Source: an uncultured Candidatus Saccharibacteria bacterium (GTDB lineage: Bacteria; Patescibacteriota; Saccharimonadia; CAILAD01; JADZBC01). Taken from it: DNA of 64,000 nucleotides. The stretch is from assembly GCA_964436255.1 (NCBI GenBank), contig CAYTBW010000002.1:616-64615 (forward strand), read 5' to 3'. This document shows, one piece after another, positions 27,407 to 37,813 of the stretch. Under the pieces are notes generated by a model, which saw only the letters and a list, made by a program, of their open reading frames with translations, was not told the DNA's origin and made no database searches. The position numbers and the translations under genes were made by a program. How positions within the stretch are numbered: the stretch's first letter is position 1; each line of letters starts with the position of its first letter.

Positions 27407-27524
27407 TCTGGCTATACCGGTTGAGTAGCGGTATGTGTGTGGCAAGGACTCCCACTAGGTTGGGAAAGCCTAGATTACTCCCCGAGAGTAATCGACGCAA
27501 TTATATAAAGGAGTCACAAACAGC

Positions 27525-28925
27525 ATGGCAGAAATTCGCCCAGAAATTGAAACGTTCGCACGCATCAAGGTAGTTGGTGTGGGCGGCGGTGGCAACAACG
27601 CACTCAACCGAATGATTCAATCAAGCATTCGTGGCATCGATTTTGTAGCAGTCAACACTGATGCTCAGGCTCTTCATTATTCTCAGGCCGCCAAGAAAGT
27701 CCACATTGGTAAAGAAGCTACTCGTGGCCTAGGGGCAGGCGCCAACCCTGAAGTGGGAAAGATCGCTGCTGAAGAGAGCGAAGAAGACATCTTCGAGTCT
27801 CTAAAGGGTAGTGAGATGGTATTTATTACCGGCGGATGCGGCGGTGGTACTGCTAGTGGCGCCGCACCAGTGATCGCTCGAATTGCTCGAGAGATTGGCG
27901 CACTTACCGTAGCCATCATGACAAAGCCTTTTGCATTCGAAGGCGACAGACGTCGTAAAATTGCCGAGGCTGCAATTGAGGAGCTTCGCGACAAGGTCGA
28001 TACCCTTATCATTATTCCGAATGACCGCATCTTGCAGATTATTGACCGTAAAACGTCACTTCTTGATGCTTTTGGAGCTGTCGACAACGTACTTCGACAA
28101 GGCGTCCAGGGCATTTCTGACCTCATTACCGTGAACGGTTTAGTAAACCTAGATTTTGCTGACGTTAAGTCAATCATGAGCAATGCCGGCAGTGCCTTGA
28201 TGGGAATTGGTCATGGCTCAGGAGACAACAGGGCGGTAGAGGCCGTTAAGCAGGCTATGGACTCGCCGCTACTCGAAGTCTCTATACAGGGAGCCAAGGG
28301 TGTACTTATTAACTTCACTGGCGGCAGAGATATGGGGATGCATGAGATTGAGGAGGCCGCCAAGCTTATTCATGATTCAGTGGATCCTGAAGCAAATATC
28401 ATTTGGGGTACGGTACTAGATGAAAACACCACAGGGGAAATCAAGGTTACTTTGGTCGCTACCGGATTTGATGCAACTCGCTCGCCAGCATCACACGCCA
28501 CGGGCTTTACCGGCTTTGGTAACAGCCAGAACATTAGTACTCAAGCAAACTACAATCAGCCAGTTCACGCCGCTGAAGAGGTCTACACTGCACCCGAGCC
28601 AGAGGAGATACCCTACATTCGCGAGCAGCCACGTCCGGTTTTCCAATCAGACGATCTTGAGCCGTTGGTTAAGGCTGAGCCAGAAGCTCCCCGAACAATT
28701 ATGGATGATCCTATTGCCGGATTCGACCTAGAGGAGCCAATGGAGCCAGAGTCTGTCGTTGAGCCGTCTCAGCCAGCAGTACCAGCACAACCCATTATTG
28801 AGCGCGCAGTTGGTTTTAGTGGCGACGAAGATGATCTGGATAAGCCAGCTTACTTGCGTCAAGGAGTGCAGCTAGAGCAAGATACGGATGATGATATCCC
28901 GAGTTTCGTAAAGAAAAAAATGTAG
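27525..28925 (+). CDS. ftsZ: Cell division GTPase FtsZ
   Basis: 'GGGGNNA', 'TGGCGGGTASGAAPVIA' tubulin signature. Acidic C-terminal tail with conserved terminal 'DIPSFVKKK' peptide. Confidence 0.9.
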   Translation: MAEIRPEIETFARIKVVGVGGGGNNALNRMIQSSIRGIDFVAVNTDAQALHYSQAAKKVHIGKEATRGLGAGANPEVGKIAAEESEEDIFESLKGSEMVFITGGCGGGTASGAAPVIARIAREIGALTVAIMTKPFAFEGDRRRKIAEAAIEELRDKVDTLIIIPNDRILQIIDRKTSLLDAFGAVDNVLRQGVQGISDLITVNGLVNLDFADVKSIMSNAGSALMGIGHGSGDNRAVEAVKQAMDSPLLEVSIQGAKGVLINFTGGRDMGMHEIEEAAKLIHDSVDPEANIIWGTVLDENTTGEIKVTLVATGFDATRSPASHATGFTGFGNSQNISTQANYNQPVHAAEEVYTAPEPEEIPYIREQPRPVFQSDDLEPLVKAEPEAPRTIMDDPIAGFDLEEPMEPESVVEPSQPAVPAQPIIERAVGFSGDEDDLDKPAYLRQGVQLEQDTDDDIPSFVKKKM

Positions 28926-28946
28926 TTCCGTCGGAGGGTTAAGATA

Positions 28947-29417
28947 ATGAAGTGCCCACGCTGCAGATCTCAAGACAGTAGAGTACTCGAATCACGCGAG
29001 GTAGAGCAGGACAATGTAATTCGTCGTCGTCGAGAATGTTTGAGCTGCCAACATAGATTTACCACGTATGAACGCATTGAGGCTGCTCACTTAATGATTA
29101 TAAAAAAGAGTGGCGAGCGCGAGTTGTTTGATCGCACCAAGCTTGCGAGCGGTATTTATAGCGCTTTCCAGAAGCGCCCTGTATCCGCAGATCAAATTGA
29201 GGGTATTATTACCGCTGTAGAACAAGAGCTTAAGTCTACCGGAGACCATGAGATTGCGAGTAGCAAGATCGGAGAGCTGGTCATGGACAAGTTGCGCGAG
29301 AGTGACGATGTCGCCTATGTGCGCTTCGCTAGTGTCTACCGTAGCTTTGCGGACATCAAGAGCTTCGAGGCAGAGCTCAATAGGCTTAAGAACGAGGCCA
29401 AGAAGAGGGTCGATTAA
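28947..29417 (+). CDS. nrdR: Transcriptional repressor NrdR
   Basis: 'MKCPRCRSQDSRVLESRE' zinc ribbon plus ATP-cone. Confidence 0.85.
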   Translation: MKCPRCRSQDSRVLESREVEQDNVIRRRRECLSCQHRFTTYERIEAAHLMIIKKSGERELFDRTKLASGIYSAFQKRPVSADQIEGIITAVEQELKSTGDHEIASSKIGELVMDKLRESDDVAYVRFASVYRSFADIKSFEAELNRLKNEAKKRVD

Positions 29418-29443
29418 GCGCGGCTCCATGCTATACTCAAAGC

Positions 29444-29674
29444 ATGAGAATTATCCTTTTATATAGAGGCAGTAAGCCCGAAGACCTGGCCGAATTTGGC
29501 CCCGAGGTGGTTGATGTTGATAGTAGGGATGGGCAGGACTTGGCTAGACTTTATGCCGCCACTACGTACCCCGCGGTTATAGTTGCGCAGGGGGATGGTT
29601 CGCTCGTAGAGATTTGGCAGGGCAAAATTCCATCTCGTGGCGAACTTTTGCATGCCTATAGTCCGCTTTCCTGA
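29444..29674 (+). CDS. Hypothetical small protein
   Basis: 76-aa ORF with plausible spacing; no recognisable motif. Confidence 0.25.
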   Translation: MRIILLYRGSKPEDLAEFGPEVVDVDSRDGQDLARLYAATTYPAVIVAQGDGSLVEIWQGKIPSRGELLHAYSPLS

Positions 29675-29722
29675 TCTGATAACTGACTAAAATGAACAAA
29701 ATAAGTGTTCATTAAGAATTCT

Positions 29723-31273
29723 TTATTCAACTTTTAGAATTCGAACCGTATCGGTCCCTCCGGCCACGCTATGATGCTTACCAAAAGCACTTACGACATA
29801 GTCGCCTTTGCGGATGCTACCGCGCTTTTTATATTCATCAAGGATTAATTCGCTAATCGCCTGCTGCTTGGGAACGAGGGTTGGCTTGCCCCCCCAGACT
29901 ATGGATAGTTTGTTGCAGACATGCCTATCGGGGCTTGCCATAATAATCGGGGCACTTGGTCGCAGGCTCGATATACTGTAGGCAGTGTGTCCAGTAAGGG
30001 TTTCTGCCACGATTAGCTTGGCAGGGATTTGCTCGGCCAGGGTGATGGCGGCAAGTGATACGCTAGCGGCAATTCTGTCTCCATCTCTTGCTTTTCGGTT
30101 TGATTCGGTTTGGTGCTGTTCAAACACAATGCGAGTCGTGTCGTGGATTTTTTGTAAGTTCGGCTTGCTCGAGACTGGTGTGCTTATTTCTGCAGCACCT
30201 GTATCCGAGGACGTGAAGTTAAGGTTAATTGTCCCCGAAGTGGCGTATTGTTCCGCCTTTAGAATAATGCGCTTCATCATTTGTACGGTTTCAACCGGAA
30301 ACTTGCCGATTGCTGTTTCCCCAGATAGCATTACACAGTCTACACCCAGGAGTACTGCCGTCGAGACGTCATTAGCCTCTGCCCGGGAGGGTTGAGTAGA
30401 GGTCATCATACTTTCGAGCATCTGCGTGGCCATTATGACCGGCTTATGCGCTGCCCGCGCCAGCTCAATAATACGTCGGCCGACAATTGGTACGTTTTCG
30501 GCGCCAATTTCAACCCCCAAATCACCACGAGCGATCATGACGGCATCAGCTGCCGCTATGATCTCTTCGATATTCTCTATGGCCGCCTTTGTTTCAATCT
30601 TCGCAATAATATGGACTGGTTGCAGCGCAGGCTTAAGCAGTCTGCGAAGCTCTTTAATGGTACTGGCGGATTGAATGAAGGAAAGCGCAACATAATCTAC
30701 GTCTTCGTGTATGGCAAAAGCGATGTCCTCGCGGTCCTTGGGAGTGATCACAGAGCGTTTGAATTTCGTATCGGGCAGATTGATGCCGTGATGACTCATG
30801 ACCGTCCCGCCATTTAGGGCTTTAGCCGTTACGATGCCACCTCGCACCGACTTTACGACGAGTTTGATCTGCCCGTCACGAAGAAAAATATGCTCACCGG
30901 TGGATACATCATTTGCAAAGTCGTACTGCGAGGGCAGTATCCCAAGCTCAGAATCATAATCATCGCTATAGCTAATGCCAACCATGTCCCCACGACTGAT
31001 CTTAATGCCGTCCTCTGGCAGCTCACCTAGGCGTATTTTGGGTCCGGATAAGTCCTGGATAATAGCCAGCCCGCGCTCAAGATCACGTGATGCTTTGCGT
31101 GCAATGGTAAGGTTCTTTTTATGCGTGGCGTAGTCGCCGTGCGAAAAGTTTAGCCGAACACCATTTACCCCTGAGCGCAGGAGCGACTCAATGTAGGGTT
31201 CACTCGCCGGACCAATAGTGGCAATAATCTTGGTCTTTTTATATGTGGTCGCGTCGCGCTTCATAGCTATCAT
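29723..31273 (-). CDS. pyk: Pyruvate kinase
   Basis: 'KIIATIGPAS', 'MIARGDLGVEI', C-terminal regulatory domain. Confidence 0.85.
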   Translation of the reverse strand: MIAMKRDATTYKKTKIIATIGPASEPYIESLLRSGVNGVRLNFSHGDYATHKKNLTIARKASRDLERGLAIIQDLSGPKIRLGELPEDGIKISRGDMVGISYSDDYDSELGILPSQYDFANDVSTGEHIFLRDGQIKLVVKSVRGGIVTAKALNGGTVMSHHGINLPDTKFKRSVITPKDREDIAFAIHEDVDYVALSFIQSASTIKELRRLLKPALQPVHIIAKIETKAAIENIEEIIAAADAVMIARGDLGVEIGAENVPIVGRRIIELARAAHKPVIMATQMLESMMTSTQPSRAEANDVSTAVLLGVDCVMLSGETAIGKFPVETVQMMKRIILKAEQYATSGTINLNFTSSDTGAAEISTPVSSKPNLQKIHDTTRIVFEQHQTESNRKARDGDRIAASVSLAAITLAEQIPAKLIVAETLTGHTAYSISSLRPSAPIIMASPDRHVCNKLSIVWGGKPTLVPKQQAISELILDEYKKRGSIRKGDYVVSAFGKHHSVAGGTDTVRILKVE

Positions 31274-31325
31274 TGTAGCCGCAAGGCGGGCTTCCCGTAA
31301 AGCTTATGCTAATCTCCTCGGAGTA

Positions 31326-31354
31326 TTGTCTGATTGCCGACACCATGGTATTAT
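31326..31354 (+). promoter_or_regulatory. Candidate promoter (TTGTCT-N17-TATTAT) for the ileS leader
   Basis: TTGTCT 31326-31331, TATTAT 31349-31354, ~230 nt upstream of ileS ATG. Confidence 0.35.
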
Positions 31355-31379
31355 TAGCCTCAAGATGCACTTTGCTCGA

Positions 31380-31587
31380 TCTGATTGTTCAGTAGAGTAA
31401 ATGAGTGGCCATCAACCACGAAGCAGCAGAAAGAACGGCCCAGCCTAGTAGAATCTGCCGGACAATCAGCCCGTTAGCTGTAATTAAGCGCCATAGAGAT
31501 GCCTCTCTTGGAAACTGGATGGTACCGTCCGCATAGATGCGGATTCCAGTAGCCAAGAGAGGTATTTGCGTAAAAAGAGGAACATCA
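31380..31587 (+). promoter_or_regulatory. T-box-like leader for ileS (probable translational type, no terminator)
   Basis: Antiterminator-like fold CUGGA-[UGGUACC 7-nt bulge]-GUCCGCAU..AUGCGGAU-UCCAG at 31516-31549, with UGGU matching discriminator A73 of tRNA-Ile. F-box-like CCGUUA at 31471-31476. AUC-A specifier candidate at 31411-31414. Anti-SD CCUCUCUU at 31503-31510 is complementary to AAGAGAGG at 31554-31561. No U-tract terminator. Confidence 0.45.
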
Positions 31588-34518
31588 ATGACCAGCCAGC
31601 CACAACAGCCCGAAAAATCCCAGCATGCGAAGATAGAAGAACAAGTCTTAGAGTTATGGTCGAAAGAAGGTACGTTCGAGCAGTCTTTGGCTCAGCGTGA
31701 GGGAGGTTCGACATACAGCTTTTATGATGGTCCGCCGTTTGCAAACGGTTTGCCGCACTTTGGACACTCGCTGGTGACCAGCATTAAAGACTCCATGCTG
31801 CGCTATAAGACCATGCAGGGCTATTACGTACCACGGCGCAATGGCTGGGACTGCCACGGACTGCCGGTCGAGTTTGCTATCGAGAAAGAGTTTGGCGTTA
31901 GTGGTAAAAAGCAGATCCTTGAGCTGGGTATCGAAAAGTTCAATGCTGCCTGTAATGATTCGGTCTTTAAGTACAAGGGTGAGTGGGAGAGCCTGCTTAA
32001 AAGGCTTGGCCGCTGGAGTGAGTACGACAATTACTACGCTACGGTGGACAGTAACTATACCGAGAGTGTTTGGTGGGCTTTGGCTCAAGTGCACAAAAAA
32101 GGCCTGCTCTATAAAGGCTACAAGAGCACGCCGTATTGCCCGCGCTGCGAGACGCCACTCTCCAACTTTGAAGTGAATGATGGCTATAAGGATAATGTGC
32201 CGGACCCAAGTTTGTACGTCATGTTCAAGTTGGCGAACGAGGATGCCTACATGCTCGGCTGGACAACGACGCCATGGAGTTTACCTGGCAATGCCGCGAT
32301 TGCTGTTAACCCCGCTGAACAGTACGTATATGTGGAGCTTACTGATGAGCCAGCGGCGGGCAAAGTAGTTGTACTGGCCAAGAAGCGACTCGAAGCACTG
32401 GGGCACGATAACTATACGGTTATCAAAGAAGTGAGTGGACAAGACTTGGTTGGCAAAAGCTACCTTCCAGTCTTCGAGGTAAGTGGGCTAGACGGCCTGG
32501 AGGGCTCCGACAATTTATACAGGACCTGGCCAGCTGATTTTGTAAGCATTGAGGACGGCACTGGCGTGCTGCACGTTGCGCCGGCTTTTGGTGAAGACGA
32601 TCTTAACCTTGGCTTGCAAGAGGGCATCCCGGTATTACAAACTATTGACGCGAGCGGTAAGGTGACGGAGCAGGCAGGTGTACCGGAGGCAACAGGTAAG
32701 TTCTTTAAGGGTGCTGACAAGATAATTATCGAAAACCTTACTGAAAAGGGTTTGGTATATTTGGCTGAGACCAAAGAGCACACCTACCCATTCTGCTGGC
32801 GCTGTGAAACTCCGCTCATGTATTACGCCATTTCGAGCTGGTTCATTCGGGTATCAAGCATTCGGGATCAGCTTATGAAAACAGCCGAAGAAATTAACTG
32901 GACACCTGCCCATATCAAGTCAGGACGCTTTGGGCAGTGGATAGAGGGTGCTCGGGATTGGGCAATTTCTCGCAATAGGTATTGGGGCGCGCCAATGCCA
33001 ATTTGGGTTAACGTGGTCGATGAAACTGACTATATTGTCGTGGAGAGTTACGAGGAACTACGCAAACTAACGGGCAACAGCGAGCTGGATACGAGTGACG
33101 TGCACCGGCCGATCATTGATGACGTCGTGATCGAGCGCGATGGCAAAGCTTACAGGCGTGTTGAAGAAGTCTTGGACTGCTGGTTTGAATCGGGCACTAT
33201 GAGCCTCGCCCAGCATCACTACCCGTTTGAGAATAAAGAAGCTTTTGACCAGGCATTCCCGGCCGACTTCATCATCGAAGGCTTAGACCAGACACGGCTG
33301 TGGTTCTATGTGCAGCATGTGGTAAATACTATTCTGTTTGACGCGCCAGCCTACAAGAACGTGATCGTAAACGGCATGATTATGGCTGCTGATGGTCAAA
33401 AGTTGAGTAAGCGTCTGCAGAACTATCCGCCAGTTGATGAAGTATTCAATCAAGAAGGAGCAGATAGTTTGCGCTTGTACTTGCTCTCAAGCCATCAGGC
33501 GAGCGAGACGGCCGAGTACATTCGATTTAATAGGGATGCTATGCGTGACATTCAGCGCAACGTGCTTGGCACACTCCTTAACTCACAGCGCTTCTTTACC
33601 ATGTATGCCGACATCGACGGCTGGAAGCCAGCCCAGGCTGGTACTCGACCCCAGAGTGATAACGTACTAGACCAATGGATGCTGGCACGCATTGATCAGA
33701 CGGTCGTTGAAGCTACCAAAGAAGCCGATGGCTACCAAATAGCCCATGCGATTACCCCGGTATTTAGCCTGATTGATGATATGAGCAATTGGTACATCAG
33801 GCGTTCGCGCAGAAGGTTCTGGAAAAGCGAAGACGACGGTGACAAGGCAATGGCCTACGAGACGCTGTGGTATGCGCTCATTCGTATTTGCCAGCTTCTA
33901 GCGCCTTGGGCACCGTTCGTAAGCGACTATGTATGGCGCGAGCTTGTTCGTGGCACCGACATGCCGGCTTCGGTTCATTTGAGTGACTGGCCAGCGGCTG
34001 ACACAACAGATACTTCGGTGGTCATAAATATGGCCCTGGTGCGCGAAACGATTAAGGAGGCCCTAGCCCTGCGAGCTGAAGCGGGTATTAAAGTCCGCCA
34101 ACCATTATCTAGGCTGGTAGTGACCGCAAAAGCCGAGCTTGACCTCCAGTACAGCGATATCATTCGTGATGAAGTGAATGTTAAGCAGGTCGAAGTCCGA
34201 TTGAGCGACGAAGCCCACGCGCCTCAACTTGATACGAAGGTCACGCCAGAGCTTCAGCGCGAAGGCATTATGCGTGATGTGGTGCGTCTCGTACAGAATG
34301 CGCGTAAGCAAGCGGGCTTAGATGTCGATGACCGCATAGAGCTCGGCCTTACAAGTACAAGCACAGAAATAGTGCAGGCGATTACTGAACACAGCGGCGT
34401 AATCAAAGCGGAAACCTTGGCTGCAGTGCTGACCGAAACCGTAGAAGGCCATAGTACGCAGGCTAAGGTTGGAGAGGCAGAAGTTACGATTAGCCTCCGC
34501 AAGCACGAATCCCTATAA
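31588..34518 (+). CDS. ileS: Isoleucyl-tRNA synthetase (short form lacking the C-terminal zinc-finger domain)
   Basis: HIGH-region 'PPFANGLPHFGHSL', KMSKS variant 'KLSKR', CP1 editing domain. Start set at ATG 31588 with RBS AAAAAGAGG. Confidence 0.9.
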   Translation: MTSQPQQPEKSQHAKIEEQVLELWSKEGTFEQSLAQREGGSTYSFYDGPPFANGLPHFGHSLVTSIKDSMLRYKTMQGYYVPRRNGWDCHGLPVEFAIEKEFGVSGKKQILELGIEKFNAACNDSVFKYKGEWESLLKRLGRWSEYDNYYATVDSNYTESVWWALAQVHKKGLLYKGYKSTPYCPRCETPLSNFEVNDGYKDNVPDPSLYVMFKLANEDAYMLGWTTTPWSLPGNAAIAVNPAEQYVYVELTDEPAAGKVVVLAKKRLEALGHDNYTVIKEVSGQDLVGKSYLPVFEVSGLDGLEGSDNLYRTWPADFVSIEDGTGVLHVAPAFGEDDLNLGLQEGIPVLQTIDASGKVTEQAGVPEATGKFFKGADKIIIENLTEKGLVYLAETKEHTYPFCWRCETPLMYYAISSWFIRVSSIRDQLMKTAEEINWTPAHIKSGRFGQWIEGARDWAISRNRYWGAPMPIWVNVVDETDYIVVESYEELRKLTGNSELDTSDVHRPIIDDVVIERDGKAYRRVEEVLDCWFESGTMSLAQHHYPFENKEAFDQAFPADFIIEGLDQTRLWFYVQHVVNTILFDAPAYKNVIVNGMIMAADGQKLSKRLQNYPPVDEVFNQEGADSLRLYLLSSHQASETAEYIRFNRDAMRDIQRNVLGTLLNSQRFFTMYADIDGWKPAQAGTRPQSDNVLDQWMLARIDQTVVEATKEADGYQIAHAITPVFSLIDDMSNWYIRRSRRRFWKSEDDGDKAMAYETLWYALIRICQLLAPWAPFVSDYVWRELVRGTDMPASVHLSDWPAADTTDTSVVINMALVRETIKEALALRAEAGIKVRQPLSRLVVTAKAELDLQYSDIIRDEVNVKQVEVRLSDEAHAPQLDTKVTPELQREGIMRDVVRLVQNARKQAGLDVDDRIELGLTSTSTEIVQAITEHSGVIKAETLAAVLTETVEGHSTQAKVGEAEVTISLRKHESL

Positions 34519-34527
34519 TAGGGGTAT

Positions 34528-35634
34528 ATGTTTGGACTTCGCTTTTTACGCAAACTTGATTTAGTATTGGCTGCCAGCACGTTGGTGCTGTTAGTTATCG
34601 GTTTAACGGTGCTTTATTCCTCCGGGATTAAACCGGCAATTGTAGCCACCGAGATCGATCCGAGTCGACAGTTTCTGTACGGCGGCGTTGGGCTCATGGT
34701 CATGCTGTTCTTTGCCCGGCTTGACTACCGTATACTTCGCAGTTATGGCCTGGCTCTCTATATTCTGTCGATTATTACACTCTTATACGTAGACCTAGCA
34801 GGTGCTACCAGGCTTGGGGCAACTCGCTGGATTGACATTGGATTCTTCCAGTTCCAACCATCAGAGTTTGCCAAACCGATACTAGCAATTATGCTCGCTC
34901 AGCACTTTTCTCGTCACTACGACAACATCAACGAATGGAAGTACTGGCTCGGGTCTCTCGCTTACGTGGCAGCCCCAATGCTTTTGGTGCTCGCTCAGCC
35001 AGACTTAGGCACAGGCATGGTGTTCGGTACTATTTGGTTTTCTATGGCAATTGCTGCTCGCGTGCGCTGGCAGTATCTAGTGGGATTGGTGGCGAGTGTG
35101 GCGGCCATGGTGCCACTCATTATTCCTCGACTACAACCATACCAGCAGCAGCGCATTACGACGTTCTTGAACCCTGCAGCCAATCCAGCCACGACTGGAT
35201 ACAACGTGAACCAAGCTATCATTGCAGTGGGCAATGGGGGATGGTTTGGTCAAGGACTTGGTTCGGGCTCTCAGAGCCAGGGTAACTTTTTACCTTCACA
35301 GCAAACGGACTTTATTTTTGCGGTACTGGCTGAAAAGCTAGGCTTTTTCGGCGGGCTACTTACCCTCACAGCCTTCCTGGCGCTCGTACTACGCGCATAT
35401 TGGATCACGAAGCTGGCGGCCGATAAGTTCGGTGGCTTACTTGGCGTGGGGCTTGCGAGTATGCTCTTGTTCCATCTATTCATTAACGTCGGTATGAACT
35501 TGGGTATCATGCCAGTTACGGGCATTCCTCTACCATTCATTTCTGCCGGTGGGTCAAGCATGATTGTCACTATGTTTGCTGTCGGCGTCATCCAGAGTAT
35601 CTACATTCGCCGCAAAAAGCGAGAGTTCGCATGA
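34528..35634 (+). CDS. SEDS-family peptidoglycan glycosyltransferase (FtsW/RodA)
   Basis: 10-TM SEDS pattern with a conserved C-terminal region. Confidence 0.8.
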   Translation: MFGLRFLRKLDLVLAASTLVLLVIGLTVLYSSGIKPAIVATEIDPSRQFLYGGVGLMVMLFFARLDYRILRSYGLALYILSIITLLYVDLAGATRLGATRWIDIGFFQFQPSEFAKPILAIMLAQHFSRHYDNINEWKYWLGSLAYVAAPMLLVLAQPDLGTGMVFGTIWFSMAIAARVRWQYLVGLVASVAAMVPLIIPRLQPYQQQRITTFLNPAANPATTGYNVNQAIIAVGNGGWFGQGLGSGSQSQGNFLPSQQTDFIFAVLAEKLGFFGGLLTLTAFLALVLRAYWITKLAADKFGGLLGVGLASMLLFHLFINVGMNLGIMPVTGIPLPFISAGGSSMIVTMFAVGVIQSIYIRRKKREFA

Positions 35635-36191
35635 GCCGCAAAAAGCGCCTGGGCATCTTAATGGCCATCGTGTTTGCTTGTCTGAGTATATATCGCGGCT
35701 TGGCCATGCAGCAGCAGTCGTCAGCCAATCAGACCCCAACTGCATTGGGAGAATATAGGGTGTCGAAGGTAGTAGATGGCGACACGATTGAAGTCAGCAT
35801 GGACGGGCGGCTGCAGAAAGTGCGCTTGATAGGCATGGATACACCAGAGGTAGTTGATCCGCGTAAGGCCGTGCAGTGCTTCGGGCGCGAGGCCTCTGCC
35901 GAAGCCAAGCGAAGATTAAGTGATAAAGTAATTCGCCTGGAGTACGACGTGCAGGTGGGAGAGCAGGATAAGTATGGCCGCCGCCTGGCTTATGTATACT
36001 TACCCGATGGGTCGAATTACGCTGAGGGGATGATCCGCGATGGCTTTGCCAAGGAGTACACCTATCAGGGGCAAGTGTATAAATACCAAGTGAACTTTAA
36101 CCAGGCCGAAGCAGAGGCCGAGCAGACAGCCCGCGGCCTATGGTCGCCAACTACATGCAATGGCGACACAAAGCAGCCTGCGGCGAGGTAA
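35631..36191 (+). CDS. Secreted thermonuclease (staphylococcal nuclease/SNase homolog)
   Basis: N-terminal signal/TM. 'VVDGDTIEV...VRLIGMDTPE' SNase catalytic-core motifs. Confidence 0.7.
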   Translation: MSRKKRLGILMAIVFACLSIYRGLAMQQQSSANQTPTALGEYRVSKVVDGDTIEVSMDGRLQKVRLIGMDTPEVVDPRKAVQCFGREASAEAKRRLSDKVIRLEYDVQVGEQDKYGRRLAYVYLPDGSNYAEGMIRDGFAKEYTYQGQVYKYQVNFNQAEAEAEQTARGLWSPTTCNGDTKQPAAR

Positions 36192-36268
36192 ATAGCGCTT
36201 AGACAATCGAAGTGTTGGCTTTATTGGTCGATAGGTCCATAATTAAAGATTAGAAAGGTATAAATTTA

Positions 36269-37258
36269 ATGCTCAATAAAATCAAAGTTGATGGCAAATT
36301 AACCTTGATGTGGACAGAAGCTCTACGAGCCTTGATATGTATGCTCCCTATGTTTGTGGCTACAGGAATGGGGAAAACGAGCTTCTTGGTTTCCTTAGGA
36401 CAAGGTGGCTTTTTCTTTAGCACCTTGTTCTTGCCCAAAAAAATTAGCGGTCGAGCAGTTATGGGCTCTTTGATACTCGCGCTTGGCTTGGGCTTTTATT
36501 TAATCGGCGGTGCAGTTGCCCCCAATCCATGGATGGCTGTTGTGTTCACCTTTATGGTGTGTCTTAACCTCAGTTTTCTAAGTGGTTGGACAATTGGAGG
36601 GCCGCTCGCGCTGACGTTGGTTATGATCTATACCGCCGGACTGAATACTGGCTCGCCAGAAAAAGCATCAGCAAACTTTTTGGCATTTGCATTCGTAATG
36701 GGCTGGTCGGCTCTTGTGTCCCTCTTACCATTCTGGAAGCCAGTTGAGCCGCCCAAAGTTGACACTACACAATCTAATGGCGCACTTGCCGAGCAAGGGT
36801 TAAGAATGGCCATTGGCGCATCGCTGGCACTTATGATTTCTTACGGCGCAGGATTCGCAAAACTTGGCTGGGCCCCTAGCGCAGTCGGGAATGTCATAAG
36901 GTATGATCCGAAGTTATCAAAGATGCGGGCCATGGCTAGGCTTGCTGGAACTATAGCAGGCGCGCTGCTTGCTGCTATCGCCCTGGCATCTATATCAAGC
37001 GTTTCTGTGCTGGTCCTTGTTGGCGGCCTCTTTGCAGTACTAAATGGCTTGTTTAAAAAGACAAAACTTGGCATGATGCCGTTTTTCTATACAGCTACGA
37101 TTTTGTTATTATATTCTGCCAATGATTTATCGTCCGGGACTTCTAACATATGGCAGCGTGTTGCGTATAATTTGGTTGGCGTAATTGTCGCAATAATCGT
37201 GGTTGTGTATCCGTTCCCGATCCTTATGAAGAAAGTTAATCCCGCAAAAGTCGCATAG
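36269..37258 (+). CDS. Polytopic integral membrane protein (possibly FUSC/ArAE-like)
   Basis: ≥6 predicted TM helices; weak resemblance to the FUSC family. Confidence 0.35.
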   Translation: MLNKIKVDGKLTLMWTEALRALICMLPMFVATGMGKTSFLVSLGQGGFFFSTLFLPKKISGRAVMGSLILALGLGFYLIGGAVAPNPWMAVVFTFMVCLNLSFLSGWTIGGPLALTLVMIYTAGLNTGSPEKASANFLAFAFVMGWSALVSLLPFWKPVEPPKVDTTQSNGALAEQGLRMAIGASLALMISYGAGFAKLGWAPSAVGNVIRYDPKLSKMRAMARLAGTIAGALLAAIALASISSVSVLVLVGGLFAVLNGLFKKTKLGMMPFFYTATILLLYSANDLSSGTSNIWQRVAYNLVGVIVAIIVVVYPFPILMKKVNPAKVA

Positions 37259-37263
37259 TAGCA

Positions 37264-37758
37264 TTGGTGATGAACCGAATCCTAATAGTTGGAAGGGGTA
37301 GTGCAGGTAAGTCTACTTTTGCGAAGGCTCTGGGTAAGAAGCTGAGCTTGCCAGTATATCACTTGGACCAACATTTTTGGAAAGCCGGCTGGGAGCATCA
37401 TGAGGATATTCATGCTATACACTCAAAGCTTATTGCTAAGGATAAGTGGATAATTGAAGGTAGTACGGAATATTTAGAAGAACGTGCCGAGCGAGCTGAT
37501 CTGTGTATTGTATTGGCTCTTCCTCCGCACAAAACTATACCTAATTGGCTTGGGAGACTTTGGAAATATAGGGGAGTATCTCGTCCGGATATTGCAAAAG
37601 GTAATGTGGAAAAGTTCAATCTAGAATATATCCGGTGGCAGCTTGACTGGAAGAGCAATAAACGCAAAATTAAGCGCTTACGTGCTGTCTGTCCCGCACA
37701 GAAGCTCATTATTCTCAAGAGTCGTAAGCAGTTCAAAAAGTATCTGGCAGGATTGTAG
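37264..37758 (+). CDS. P-loop NTPase of the adenylate-kinase/topology-modulation (FlaR-like) family
   Basis: 'ILIVGRGSAGKSTFAKALGKKLSLPVYHLDQHFW' is typical of FlaR-like kinases. Confidence 0.5.
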   Translation: MVMNRILIVGRGSAGKSTFAKALGKKLSLPVYHLDQHFWKAGWEHHEDIHAIHSKLIAKDKWIIEGSTEYLEERAERADLCIVLALPPHKTIPNWLGRLWKYRGVSRPDIAKGNVEKFNLEYIRWQLDWKSNKRKIKRLRAVCPAQKLIILKSRKQFKKYLAGL

Positions 37759-37813
37759 CCAATAGGTAGCACTATAGTTGGTAACAACTTTCCAAGATTG
37801 CTATAATAGACTG

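Noticed and set aside
29985-30817. Antisense ORFs inside pyk (29985..30395, 30392..30817, 30426..30674), and similar antisense ORFs inside ileS, priA, hisS and other genes.
   Set aside because: Nested in confidently identified enzymes on the other strand; no independent signals.
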